Part shown: one piece after another, positions 1 through 8,604 of the stretch | Position numbering within the stretch: position 1 is the first letter of the stretch | Layout: the number at the start of each line of letters is the position of its first letter | Assembly (NCBI GenBank): GCA_043769055.1 | Contig: JAYVJQ010000215.1 | Span: 1 to 35,584 of the forward strand | Origin: Brachymonas sp. | GTDB lineage: Bacteria > Pseudomonadota > Gammaproteobacteria > Burkholderiales > Burkholderiaceae_C | DNA length: 35,584 nt | Direction of reading: 5' to 3' | Notes under the pieces: model-generated | The model's database searches: none | What the model was told of the DNA's origin: nothing | The model's input: only the letters and a program-made list of their open reading frames with translations | Made by a program: the position numbers and the translations under genes

Positions 1-822
1 CTAAACGCCATCACAGCGGCGGCCAGATGATTGAGTGCAACGAAGCTTCGGTGCAGTTTTTCGTATCTGACCAGCAGTTTGCGAAAGCGATTAAACCAAC
101 TGTGCGACACCTCCACAACCCAGCGCCTAGCTTTCTTTGAGGGGTCTTCTTTGAGTTCTTTGGCTTCCTTGCCCCGCCCTTTCACATGGGCAATATAGCC
201 CTTGCTCTCAATAATCTCTAGCGCCTTCGCACCGGTATAGCCCGCATCTGCGCACAGATGCTTGCTACGTCTCTTAGGTGGGTCTTCTCTGTCAACCATG
301 ATGCCACCCAGCACATCCTGCACTTGCGTGACATCATGCCGATGCGCCCCGGTCACGACGAGCGATAACGGGACACCACGCTCGTCCACCAGCAGGTGTC
401 GCTTGCTTCCATTTTTTTCCCCGATCCGTAGGATTGGGTCCAACAGAGTCTTGCGCCATCGGCGCTTTCATCATGGCCCCATCGATGCTTTGCCATCGCC
501 ACGCAATGCCCTCGAATGCGTCGTATTCGGCCAATCCAGTCTTCCAAAGCTTCTCAAAGAAGCCCGCTCTCTCCCATTGCAGAAATCGCGCATGCACAGA
601 GCTGGCGCTGCCAAACCGTTCAGCAGGCAAAGCTTTCCATTGGCAGCCAGTTCTCAAAACATAGAAGATGGCCTCGAATACCAGTCTGGCATCTTTGGGC
701 TTTCGCCCGCCTCCCGCTGCGCGTGCATAGGGTTGATCGGCTGGGCGCTCACGCACAGGAATAAGTGGCTCTACGCGAGCCCAGAAATCGTCTGTAACTT
801 CCCATGACTTGACTTTGCTCAT
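1..822 (-). CDS. IS5-family DDE transposase, split by a frameshift at G4A7 (412-422), 3' end outside the window
   Basis: ORF1 has WARVEPLIP, EAIFYVLRTGCQWKALP and WQSIDG. Skipping one A after DRGK gives NGSKRHLLVDERGVPL...HLCADAGY...RWVVEVSHSWFNRFRKL, the typical IS5 catalytic motifs. Confidence 0.9.
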
Positions 823-885
823 CATCACTCCATTCGCGAAAATCGCGTATGGAGTAAGATTATCCTTTATTTACGGATAAATTCT
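1..885 (-). mobile_element. IS5-family insertion sequence (two-ORF, frameshifted type); one end lies outside the window
   Basis: Transposase runs from 822 off the left edge. A candidate terminal inverted repeat AGAATTTATCCGTAAATAA (minus strand, ~867-885) is flanked by TAG/TTA. The other end is not visible. Confidence 0.85.
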
Positions 886-936
886 TAGAGTATTTTTTCA
901 TCAAAAACAGCTTTGTATCTCGCACCGATTGAACCA

Positions 937-1447
937 ATCACGCAATTTGAAGTGATGCCCCAGCCGCCCGAGGAAGAAAACACCCCCCCCCCTCGTCTGG
1001 CCTTACTGGCCGCTGAAGCTGCGCACATCGTCCAGCCACGAAGAAGACTGCGAGCGCGAGTTCGCTATCTCCACCAAAGAATTAATTGGTGAAAAAGGAA
1101 AGCTCACAGGCCTCAAAACCGTACACGTCGAAATGAAAGACGGCAAGCTCACGGAAGTGCCCGGCACAGAGAAGATTCACAAAGCGGATATGGTGTTTCT
1201 CGCCATGGGCTTCGTCTCGCCCGTAGCCAGCGTGATCGACGCCTTCGGTAACGACAAAGATAACCGAGGCAACGCCAAAGCCCACACCGAGTTCACGGGT
1301 GGCTACGCCACCAATGTGGCAGCAGTATTCGCAGCAGGCGATATGCGCCGTGGCCAGAGCTTGGTCGTCTGAGCCATCCGCGAAGGCCGCCAAGCTGCAC
1401 GAGCAGTGGATGAGTTTTTGATGGGATTTAGCGATTTACCTCGCTAA
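937..1447 (+). pseudogene. gltD: 3' fragment of glutamate synthase small subunit, with a frameshift and an internal stop
   Basis: Reads [15 protein letters not shown] / [18 protein letters not shown]...[39 protein letters not shown]. The frame changes within C10 at 983-992, TGA at 1370-1372 replaces the conserved Trp, and the 5' part is absent. Confidence 0.88.
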
Positions 1448-1452
1448 GATTT

Positions 1453-1495
1453 ACTACTGATTTGATAGCATTCTACGCAGGTTTTATGTCGGCTA
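1453..1495 (+). repeat. Dispersed 43-bp motif, copy 1 (intergenic, after the gltD stop)
   Basis: acta ctgatttga tagc attc tacgca ggttttatgtc ggcta. Confidence 0.85.
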
Positions 1496-1697
1496 TCTGC
1501 CTCTTTTGCTTTAAATTTTAGTGTTCTACACATTTCGTATGGGCTTGAATTCGCTTCGGTGAGTTGAGTGTCCTGAATTGTGATCCGACCCCAGTTTCCC
1601 CACCCGACGATTCCTATCGCGGCCACCGTGCCAAGCGTACAAAAGTCAGCACGAAACTGCAAGCAAGCAATTCCCAAATCTAAGCAGCTATCAGCGT

Positions 1698-2882
1698 TTA
1701 CTTCCTCGAACGCGCAGCCACAGCCGTATCCGGAAAATCTGTGAACACGCCATCGACGCCGAGCTTATAGAACAGCTCGTATTCAGCCTTGGGGTCGCCT
1801 TGGAAATCCGAAGCGAGGCGACGTGGTTCGTTGCGGAAGGTGTAGGCATGGACGAATAGGCCGACTGCATGCGCATCTCTGACCACGTTGCCTGCGGGCA
1901 TGAGCATGCGATCACGCTCATCCATCTTGCCATCGCCATTCAAGTCGTCCATCTTGCCGTCGTTGTCACGATCGACCTGACGCGCTGAGACGAGGTAGGG
2001 CTTCCAAGGGCCGATGCCATCAGCATAGGTGCGAATCTCGCGCAGACCCTCGGGCGTGAGCAGGCTGGCAAACGTCCGGGCGTCTTTGTTCACCACAAAA
2101 TCGTAGGGCTTGTCATAGGGCGCAACGAGTGCCATGCTGCCATCGGGTTTCACATCATCGGCATCGATGAGCTGCACCAAGCGCACCTGCGTTTTGCTGC
2201 GCAGGTATTTCAAATTGCTCACCTCAAAGGATTGAATCACCACGGGAGAATTCTTTTTGGTGTAGCCGTGCTTGGCCAGTTCTGCGAGCAGCCGATCTTC
2301 TAAGCTGAGCTGCAATTCGTTGTGGTAGGTGGGGTGCTTGGTTTCGGGATAGATGCCGATCACGCGCTTGGCTTTTTTGCCTTCAGCTTTGGCCAAGGCG
2401 ATGATTTCTGAGAGCGTAGGCACGCTGAATTTGCCGTTGTGGCTTTGATCGCGCTCGGCGGAGGGTTGCTTGGCGAACAGGGTTTTGATCTCGGCCAAGG
2501 TGAAGTCTGAGGCAAACCAACCCTCTTCTTCCACACCATCAACCTTGCGCTTTGTTTTGCGATTGGCAAACTCTGGCCGCTCGCTCACATCGGTGGTGCT
2601 GGTGATGTTGGGCTCATGGCGGGCAATCAAGATGCCGTCTTTGGTAGCGACCAAATCGGGCTCGATAAAGTCTGCACCTTGCTCGATGGCGAGTTTGTAG
2701 GCCTCCAAGGTATGCTCAGGTAGATAGCCGCTCGCGCCTCGGTGGCCAATGACCAAGGGAGCTTTGCCGTTCAAGGTGGGGTAGGCGCCACGTGCGATGG
2801 ATTTTTTAGGCGTTTGCGCTTGAATGGAATAGGCCGCGCAAGACAGCGCGATGACCATGGCAGCGGTTCGTGTGATTGACAT
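1698..2882 (-). CDS. Secreted glycerophosphodiester phosphodiesterase (GlpQ/GDPD family)
   Basis: Motifs [36 protein letters not shown] and DGVFTDFP. The start at 2882 has a GAGGG RBS and a signal-peptide-like N-terminus, so it is preferred over the 3005 start. Confidence 0.92.
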   Translation of the reverse strand: MSITRTAAMVIALSCAAYSIQAQTPKKSIARGAYPTLNGKAPLVIGHRGASGYLPEHTLEAYKLAIEQGADFIEPDLVATKDGILIARHEPNITSTTDVSERPEFANRKTKRKVDGVEEEGWFASDFTLAEIKTLFAKQPSAERDQSHNGKFSVPTLSEIIALAKAEGKKAKRVIGIYPETKHPTYHNELQLSLEDRLLAELAKHGYTKKNSPVVIQSFEVSNLKYLRSKTQVRLVQLIDADDVKPDGSMALVAPYDKPYDFVVNKDARTFASLLTPEGLREIRTYADGIGPWKPYLVSARQVDRDNDGKMDDLNGDGKMDERDRMLMPAGNVVRDAHAVGLFVHAYTFRNEPRRLASDFQGDPKAEYELFYKLGVDGVFTDFPDTAVAARSRK

Positions 2883-2916
2883 AGCGTTTCCCTCGTGATG
2901 TGATGACTTGGGCTTG

Positions 2917-2972
2917 AGCTTAAACACGCTCCATGAAATCACGATGACGAAGGCAAGGCAATCGCGTGACAG
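2917..2972 (-). promoter_or_regulatory. Pho box array plus -10 element for the GDPD gene
   Basis: Minus strand: CTGTCAC gcga TTGCCTT gcct TCGTCAT cgtg ATTTCAT (11-bp period), then exactly 10 nt, then TAAGCT (-10). Confidence 0.72.
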
Positions 2973-3016
2973 TTGTGACGCGCTGTGTGCTGTGAGGATC
3001 TCCAATAGTTCTCAGC

Positions 3017-3056
3017 AAAAAAGCAAAAAGGCTGATTTCTAAGAAGAAATCGGCCT
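3017..3056 (-). terminator. Rho-independent terminator after the YidB-family gene
   Basis: 12-bp stem aggctgatttct/agaaatcggcct with one imperfect pair, followed on the minus strand by TTTTGCTTTTTT. Confidence 0.7.
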
Positions 3057-3057
3057 C

Positions 3058-3100
3058 TAGTCGGCATAAAACCTCAGAAGATTGCTATTATTTTTGCATC
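3058..3100 (-). repeat. Dispersed 43-bp motif, copy 2 (degenerate, overlaps the YidB stop and abuts the terminator)
   Basis: Reverse complement: gatg caaaaataa tagc aatc ttctga ggttttatgcc gacta. Confidence 0.65.
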
Positions 3101-3537
3101 ATCTTACCGAGCATACCCATCAAATCGCCCGCACCGCCCAAACCGCCAGCAGGCGCTTGGCCATCGGGGGTGAGCTGGTCGATGATGCCGGGCAGGGCTT
3201 GCGACAGCATGCCACCTGCTTGGCTTGGATCGATGCCGAGCTTGGCAGCGATATCGCCAATCGCGCCTGAGCCGAGCACTTGGCTGAGTTGATCGGCGTT
3301 GATGGGCATGTTCTCGCCTTTGCCGACCCAAGAGCCAATCACATCGCCCATGCCGGCTTGGTTGAATTTTTCCATCATGCCGCCCAAGCCGCCTTGTTGG
3401 CTGCCATTGGCCAGCATCCCGGTGATGATGGGCAGCAATGCGCCCAAATTGCCGCCCAAGCCACCAGCGGCTGCACCGCCTGCTGGGCTCTGCGCACCGC
3501 CCATGACTGCGCCGAGAACTGAATCGAGTAAACCCAT
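3088..3537 (-). CDS. YidB/DUF937 family protein
   Basis: MGLLDSVLG, GGLGGMMEKFNQAGMGDVIGSWVGKGENMPI and LPGIIDQLTPDG; GGAG RBS upstream. Confidence 0.88.
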   Translation of the reverse strand: MGLLDSVLGAVMGGAQSPAGGAAAGGLGGNLGALLPIITGMLANGSQQGGLGGMMEKFNQAGMGDVIGSWVGKGENMPINADQLSQVLGSGAIGDIAAKLGIDPSQAGGMLSQALPGIIDQLTPDGQAPAGGLGGAGDLMGMLGKMMQK

Positions 3538-3567
3538 GATGAATCTCCAGAAAGGAATTAAAAAGTA

Positions 3568-5529
3568 CTAGAACAGGGCATTATGCGCTGAGACGATTGA
3601 AATTTCTACCACGGTCTGGCCGCTACGGCTGTGAATCTTGACATCCGCGCCAATGGCCTTGGCGCGTTCACGCATCGAGGCCAGGCCGCGCGAAGGTTGG
3701 GCAGGGTCAAAGCCACGCCCGTTGTCTCGCAATGCAATCGTGATGCACCCCTCAAGCTCAACTGCACTCAGTTGCAATTGGCTCGCACCCGAATGCTGGA
3801 GCACGTTGGAGAACGCCTCAAACAGCATAAATTGCAATTGCCTGAGCGCCGCATGATCAAGTTGCGGCTGCTCAGGCAGCATCTGCACGGCCCATTGCAA
3901 CTCGATGCCGCTGCTCTTCAAGCGCGGCTCTAAACGATAGCGCAAATTAGCCAGCAGCGCCGTGACATCGCCAGCCTGCAAATGCATGGCATCAATCGAG
4001 AGCTTGAGCTGATCGAGCGAATCGCGCAGGGTTTGCAGCAGTTCACTGCGCTCTCCCTGCCCATGTTCGACTTGCCGGATGGCCGCGCTGATGTGCGCGC
4101 CCACGCCATCGTGCATATCGCGCAAGATGCGCGTGCGCTCCTCGCTCTTGGCTTGCTCGCGCGAGAGTTGATCGAGCTTGGCATAGCTTTGCGCCAACTC
4201 CGCTTCGCGCTGCGCCACGCGAGCCTCCAAGTTGTTGCGCAGATCGCGCGCTTGCACGCTGGCACGGCGAAAGCGCGAGATCACGATGTAAAACACAGCC
4301 AGCGCATAGGCAGCAGATGCCAAGCTGGCCCAGGAGTTGTCACTCAGCACACTGCTCACGCGAAAACGCCACAAGTCGCTTGCCGTGACCAACAGGTTCA
4401 GCAGCAGCGCTCCCGACATGACACGCATATCTGCATCTCCCGCTTGGAAGGTGCGCCATACAAACCAGCTCACCAATGCCACACCGAATAGCCATAGCAG
4501 CACATACCAAGCCGAGAGCAGCCAAGGCAATTGCAGATACAAAGCACCCGCAGATGCCAACGCGCTCGCACCACAGAGCGCGGGGATCGCTTGCAAATAG
4601 CGCTGAGCCCGGCGCGTATCTTGCGCTTTGGCTATGTAGATCAGCAGCCCATACAAGCACAGCAAAGATGTACCCAGCGCCAAGCCCGTGATCACGCCCC
4701 AGAGCGGCCAGGGCAGGATGCTGCGCTCAATCAATTGATCGCTCAAACGCAAGCTCCAAGTGGCTGCGGCCAGCGCGGCATAGGCATAGAGCGGATCGCG
4801 CTGATCCTCAGGTTTGGCCTGCACGGAGGCCACGCTTCCTACGCCTAGCTGCGTGAACCACAAGCTCGCGCTCACCGCTGCGAGCACGAGCATCAGCGTG
4901 AACACGGCCAGCGCACTGCTGGTGCGAAATTGGTAGGCCTGCTCATAGGCGGTGCGCACCTCCAGCTCGGGGCCAAACAGCATGGGCATGAGCCCCGCGC
5001 GCCTGCCGCCATCGGCTTGCAGCTTGATACGAAACAGATTACTTTTTTGCAGCAAGCTGGGAGGAATCGCAAAATAGCGCGGGATTTTGCCGAAATCTGC
5101 TCGCAGATCATCCATTTCGCCACCACGCGAGATCAGCACGCCATTGAGCCACAGCTCAAAGCGATTGCCCACTCGCGGCACAAACACCGCATGCGGCTCA
5201 CTGGGCTCGCCGGGCAATTCAAAAGCTATTTCAAATTCAGCTTGCCCGGGGTGCGCGGCATGCATTTTGTCCCAGTGGTAGGGCAATTGCACCAGTGAAC
5301 GCTCCACGGTCCGCCCTACAGCGCCCTGCACTTCGACCAAGCTCTGTGCTTGATCCAGCAGCACCGCTTGGCCAGAATACAACTTCTCCTGTGAAGGGGC
5401 GATGGCAGTGCTTTGAGCCAGCGCGAGCGATGTGTACCCCAGCAACATGCAGGCAACAATTGCTATTACTTCAATAGCATACTGTGTATATTTTATGCCG
5501 GCTACTGGCCTAAAAAGCTTCAAAATCAC
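3568..5529 (-). CDS. Multi-pass membrane sensor histidine kinase (HisKA_3/NarX-UhpB type)
   Basis: H box ERTRILRDMHDGVG, N box EAFSNVLQHS, G boxes DNGRGF and RGLASMRERA. A periplasmic domain and about 7 hydrophobic segments precede them. The GTG start overlaps the upstream TGA; start uncertain. Confidence 0.88.
   Translation of the reverse strand: MILKLFRPVAGIKYTQYAIEVIAIVACMLLGYTSLALAQSTAIAPSQEKLYSGQAVLLDQAQSLVEVQGAVGRTVERSLVQLPYHWDKMHAAHPGQAEFEIAFELPGEPSEPHAVFVPRVGNRFELWLNGVLISRGGEMDDLRADFGKIPRYFAIPPSLLQKSNLFRIKLQADGGRRAGLMPMLFGPELEVRTAYEQAYQFRTSSALAVFTLMLVLAAVSASLWFTQLGVGSVASVQAKPEDQRDPLYAYAALAAATWSLRLSDQLIERSILPWPLWGVITGLALGTSLLCLYGLLIYIAKAQDTRRAQRYLQAIPALCGASALASAGALYLQLPWLLSAWYVLLWLFGVALVSWFVWRTFQAGDADMRVMSGALLLNLLVTASDLWRFRVSSVLSDNSWASLASAAYALAVFYIVISRFRRASVQARDLRNNLEARVAQREAELAQSYAKLDQLSREQAKSEERTRILRDMHDGVGAHISAAIRQVEHGQGERSELLQTLRDSLDQLKLSIDAMHLQAGDVTALLANLRYRLEPRLKSSGIELQWAVQMLPEQPQLDHAALRQLQFMLFEAFSNVLQHSGASQLQLSAVELEGCITIALRDNGRGFDPAQPSRGLASMRERAKAIGADVKIHSRSGQTVVEISIVSAHNALF
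5462..5504 (+). repeat. Dispersed 43-bp motif, copy 3 (kinase N-terminus)
   Basis: gcta ttacttcaa tagc atac tgtgta tattttatgcc ggcta; encodes VAGIKYTQYAIEVIA on the minus strand. Confidence 0.85.
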
Positions 5530-5879
5530 AGTTTACCTTGCCACTGATCAGGTGCGTAGCCCACCGTCAGCAAACTCGCGCCTTTCAGCACGGGCCGCTT
5601 GATCACGCTGGCCTCGCGCAGCATGAGTTGCACCGCAGATTCAGCGTCGATCACCGAGGCTTGAATGTCTGCAGGTAGTTTGCGCCACGTCGTGCCTTTT
5701 CTATTCACCAGCACCTCCCAGCCCAACGCCTGCACCCAGCGGCGCAGCGCGGCTTCGGGTACGCCTTGCTTTTTGTAATCATGAAAACTGTAAGCAATAC
5801 CAGAGGCATCCAGCCATGCGCGAGATTTTTTTACCGTGTCGCAATTGGCAATGCCGTAAACCGTCAAATTCTTTTCCAT
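5526..5879 (-). CDS. ArsC/Spx family protein (YffB-like)
   Basis: VYGIANCDTVKKSRAWL, FHDYKKQG, LVNRKGTTWRKL and SVIKRPVL. Confidence 0.9.
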   Translation of the reverse strand: MEKNLTVYGIANCDTVKKSRAWLDASGIAYSFHDYKKQGVPEAALRRWVQALGWEVLVNRKGTTWRKLPADIQASVIDAESAVQLMLREASVIKRPVLKGASLLTVGYAPDQWQGKL

Positions 5880-5992
5880 CGCAGTATTTTGCGCCATCTT
5901 CAGCAGAAAACGCCTTTGGCATCCGGGGTGCTTGTGATCGCCAGACAAGTCAGGCGATACACTGAGCTTTTACAGCTTGGATGATGTGCCCC

Positions 5993-7174
5993 ATGAGCCT
6001 CTTGCACGGTATTCGCGTTCTTGATTTTGGTCGTTTCATTGCGGGGCCTTATTGCGCGGCTTTGCTGGGCGATCTTGGCGCGGATGTGATCCGCATTGAG
6101 CGCGTCGAGGGTGGGGAAGACCGCTATGTGCCGCATGTGGCCGACAGTGGCGAGGGCGGCATGTATTTGCAGCTCAACCGCAACAAACGCTGCCTGACGC
6201 TGGATTTGAGCAGCGAAGATGGCCGGCGCATTGTGCGCGAACTGGTGCAGCGTGCCGATGTGGTCGTGGCCAATTTGCCGCCTGCCACCTTAGGCCATCT
6301 CGGGCTGGATTGGAAAACGGTCTCTGAACTGAACCCGCGCGCAGTGCTCGTTGTGGCCACGGCCTATGGCTCTACCGGTCCCTACAGTCAGCGGCCCGGT
6401 TTTGATTCTGTGGGGCAGGCAATGAGCGGCGCAATGTACATGTCGGGCATGCCCGATGCTCCCGTGCGCACCAGTGTGAACTATGTCGATTTCTCCACGG
6501 CACAGGCTTGTGCCATGGGTGCGTTGGCGGCATTGTGGGCGCGCGAGCGCAGTGGCAAGGGGCAATTGGTTGAAGGCTCCTTGCTGCGCTCGGCTTTGGT
6601 TCACACCAATTCACTGCTGATTGAACAAGCTGTGTGCTCACCTGATCGCGTGCCACAAGGCAATCGGGGATATCTGGCGGCGCCAGGCGATCTGTTTCGC
6701 TCGCGCACCGGCTGGCTGGTGGTGCAATCGGTCGGACAGGTGATGTTTGAGCGTTGGTGCGATATGGTCAATCGCCCGGAGCTCAAAGCGCAGGCACATC
6801 TTGCCACCGATGCGTTGCGCGGCGAAAACAGCGCCGAAATCAGCGCCATCATGTCTGCTTGGTGCGAGGACCGCACGCGCAATGAGGTGCTAGCCGCATT
6901 GGCCACTGCCAAAATTCCAGCAGGCCCAGTCTATAGCCCCCAGGAAGCACTGGACGACCCGCACATCGCGGTGGCTGGTTTACTCACGCCTCGCAACTTT
7001 CCGGGCATGCAGGCCAACTATCCGTTGGCACCGCATCCCGTCGATATGTCAGATACGCCCATTGCGTATCGAAGCAGCGCGCCCACACTGGGTGAGCATA
7101 CCGACGAGATTCTCATGGAGTTGGGCTATCCTGTGGCCGATATTGCAGCGCTGCGCGAACGACGAGTCGTGTAA
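5993..7174 (+). CDS. Family III CoA-transferase (CaiB/BaiF)
   Basis: GIRVLDFGRFIAGP, LGDLGADVIRIE, NRNKRCLTLDL, YGSTGPYSQRPGFD and APTLGEHT. Confidence 0.92.
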   Translation: MSLLHGIRVLDFGRFIAGPYCAALLGDLGADVIRIERVEGGEDRYVPHVADSGEGGMYLQLNRNKRCLTLDLSSEDGRRIVRELVQRADVVVANLPPATLGHLGLDWKTVSELNPRAVLVVATAYGSTGPYSQRPGFDSVGQAMSGAMYMSGMPDAPVRTSVNYVDFSTAQACAMGALAALWARERSGKGQLVEGSLLRSALVHTNSLLIEQAVCSPDRVPQGNRGYLAAPGDLFRSRTGWLVVQSVGQVMFERWCDMVNRPELKAQAHLATDALRGENSAEISAIMSAWCEDRTRNEVLAALATAKIPAGPVYSPQEALDDPHIAVAGLLTPRNFPGMQANYPLAPHPVDMSDTPIAYRSSAPTLGEHTDEILMELGYPVADIAALRERRVV

Positions 7175-7255
7175 TGCCCGAATATTCTCAAGCGATGGGT
7201 TCAACTGCTGGATGCATCGGTGAAGATCAGGGACAAGTTCAAGGACAATGAGGGC

Positions 7256-8602
7256 ATGAGAGATTTGAACGACTGGTTGGCCTACATCGAGAGCCTGCAC
7301 CCCAAGAATATCGACATGGGCCTAGAGCGCGTGCGCGTGGTCTGGAGCAGGCTGAAAGGCTTGGCTGATCTAGACATCACTTGCCCCGTGATCACCGTGG
7401 CAGGAACGAATGGCAAAGGTTCGACCTGTGCGTTTTTAGAAGCAATTTACACGCAAGCGGGCTACAAAACAGCCGTGTACTCTAGCCCGCATCTCGTGCA
7501 TTTTTTAGAGCGCTGCCGCCTGCGCGGCGAGAATGCAATCGCTACTGATTTCATAGCAGCTTGCGCAGATGTTGAGAGGGCTAGAGCCCAAAAATCTTCA
7601 GAAAACGAGCCTGCAATCACGCTCACTTACTTTGAATTCACCACCCTCGCCTTTTTGCTCATCATGGCGCGCGCTGCCAAAGTCGGGCAGCTGGATGTGA
7701 TGATTTTAGAAGTGGGCTTGGGCGGCAGGCTCGATGCAGTCAACATCATTGATGCAGATTGCGCGGTCATCACCAGCATCGATCTGGATCACATGGAATT
7801 TCTCGGGCCCGACCGCGAGAGCATTGGCCGCGAGAAGGCGGGCATCATGCGCGCGGGGCGGCCCGTGGTGGTGAGCGACCCGATGCCGCCGCAAAGCGTG
7901 ATTGATCATGCAGCCAGAATCGGCGCTGATTTGTGGCGCATGGGCACAGACTACAACTACCAAGGCGATAAACAGCAATGGGGCTGGAGCGGACGCTCCA
8001 AGCGATTCAACGGCCTGGCCTACCCTGCGTTGCGCGGCGCGAATCAGCTCATCAACGCGTCTGGCGCGCTCGCTGCCATCAATGCGCTGCATGAGCAGCT
8101 ACCCGTCACCGCGCAAGCCGTGCGCAATGGTCTCGCCTTCGTCGAGCTGCCCGGCCGCTTTCAAATCGTGCCGGGGCAGCCCGCTCTGGTGCTTGATGTG
8201 GCGCACAACCCGCATTCTGTGGCGGCGCTGGCGGCCAATTTGGATGCGATGGGCTTTTACCCAGCCACGCATGCGGTATTCGGCGCGATGGCCGATAAAG
8301 ACCTCACGCCCATGCTCCTCAAACTCGCGCCTATCATCGACCGCTGGTATTTCACCGATCTGCCCACAGCCCGCGCTGCCAAAGGCTTAGAGCTGCAAAG
8401 CCGCTGGCAGCAGCTCAATACACGGCAAGACGCGGCCAGCAACGTTTACACCTCGCCACAAAGCGCCTTAGATTCAGCGGTGGCCGCAGCGGATGCAGCC
8501 GATAGAATCGTGGTGTTTGGCTCGTTCTACACGGTAGGCGGTGTGCTCACCAATGGCACACCACGGCTTGATGCCAAACATCTCAACAAGAGTACACCTT
8601 AA
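7256..8602 (+). CDS. folC: Bifunctional folylpolyglutamate/dihydrofolate synthase
   Basis: VAGTNGKGST, YSSPHL, LEVGLGGRLDAVN and LDVAHNP; folC-dedD-cvpA-purF synteny. Confidence 0.96.
   Translation: MRDLNDWLAYIESLHPKNIDMGLERVRVVWSRLKGLADLDITCPVITVAGTNGKGSTCAFLEAIYTQAGYKTAVYSSPHLVHFLERCRLRGENAIATDFIAACADVERARAQKSSENEPAITLTYFEFTTLAFLLIMARAAKVGQLDVMILEVGLGGRLDAVNIIDADCAVITSIDLDHMEFLGPDRESIGREKAGIMRAGRPVVVSDPMPPQSVIDHAARIGADLWRMGTDYNYQGDKQQWGWSGRSKRFNGLAYPALRGANQLINASGALAAINALHEQLPVTAQAVRNGLAFVELPGRFQIVPGQPALVLDVAHNPHSVAALAANLDAMGFYPATHAVFGAMADKDLTPMLLKLAPIIDRWYFTDLPTARAAKGLELQSRWQQLNTRQDAASNVYTSPQSALDSAVAAADAADRIVVFGSFYTVGGVLTNGTPRLDAKHLNKSTP
7541..7583 (+). repeat. Dispersed 43-bp motif, copy 4 (in folC)
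   Basis: gcta ctgatttca tagc agct tgcgca gatgttgagag ggcta; encodes ATDFIAACADVERA. Confidence 0.88.
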
Positions 8603-8604
8603 AC

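Noticed and set aside
262-807. 181-aa plus-strand ORF
   Set aside because: Antisense shadow of the IS5 transposase.
1370-1372. TGA at a Trp position as an alternative genetic code or readthrough
   Set aside because: TGA ends many intact genes here (trxA, nadK, recN, lepA), and the same fragment has other lesions.
5225-5241. GCTATTTCAAATTCAGC as another motif copy
   Set aside because: It resembles the palindromic head only; the TRCGCA and GGCTA blocks are absent at the required spacing.
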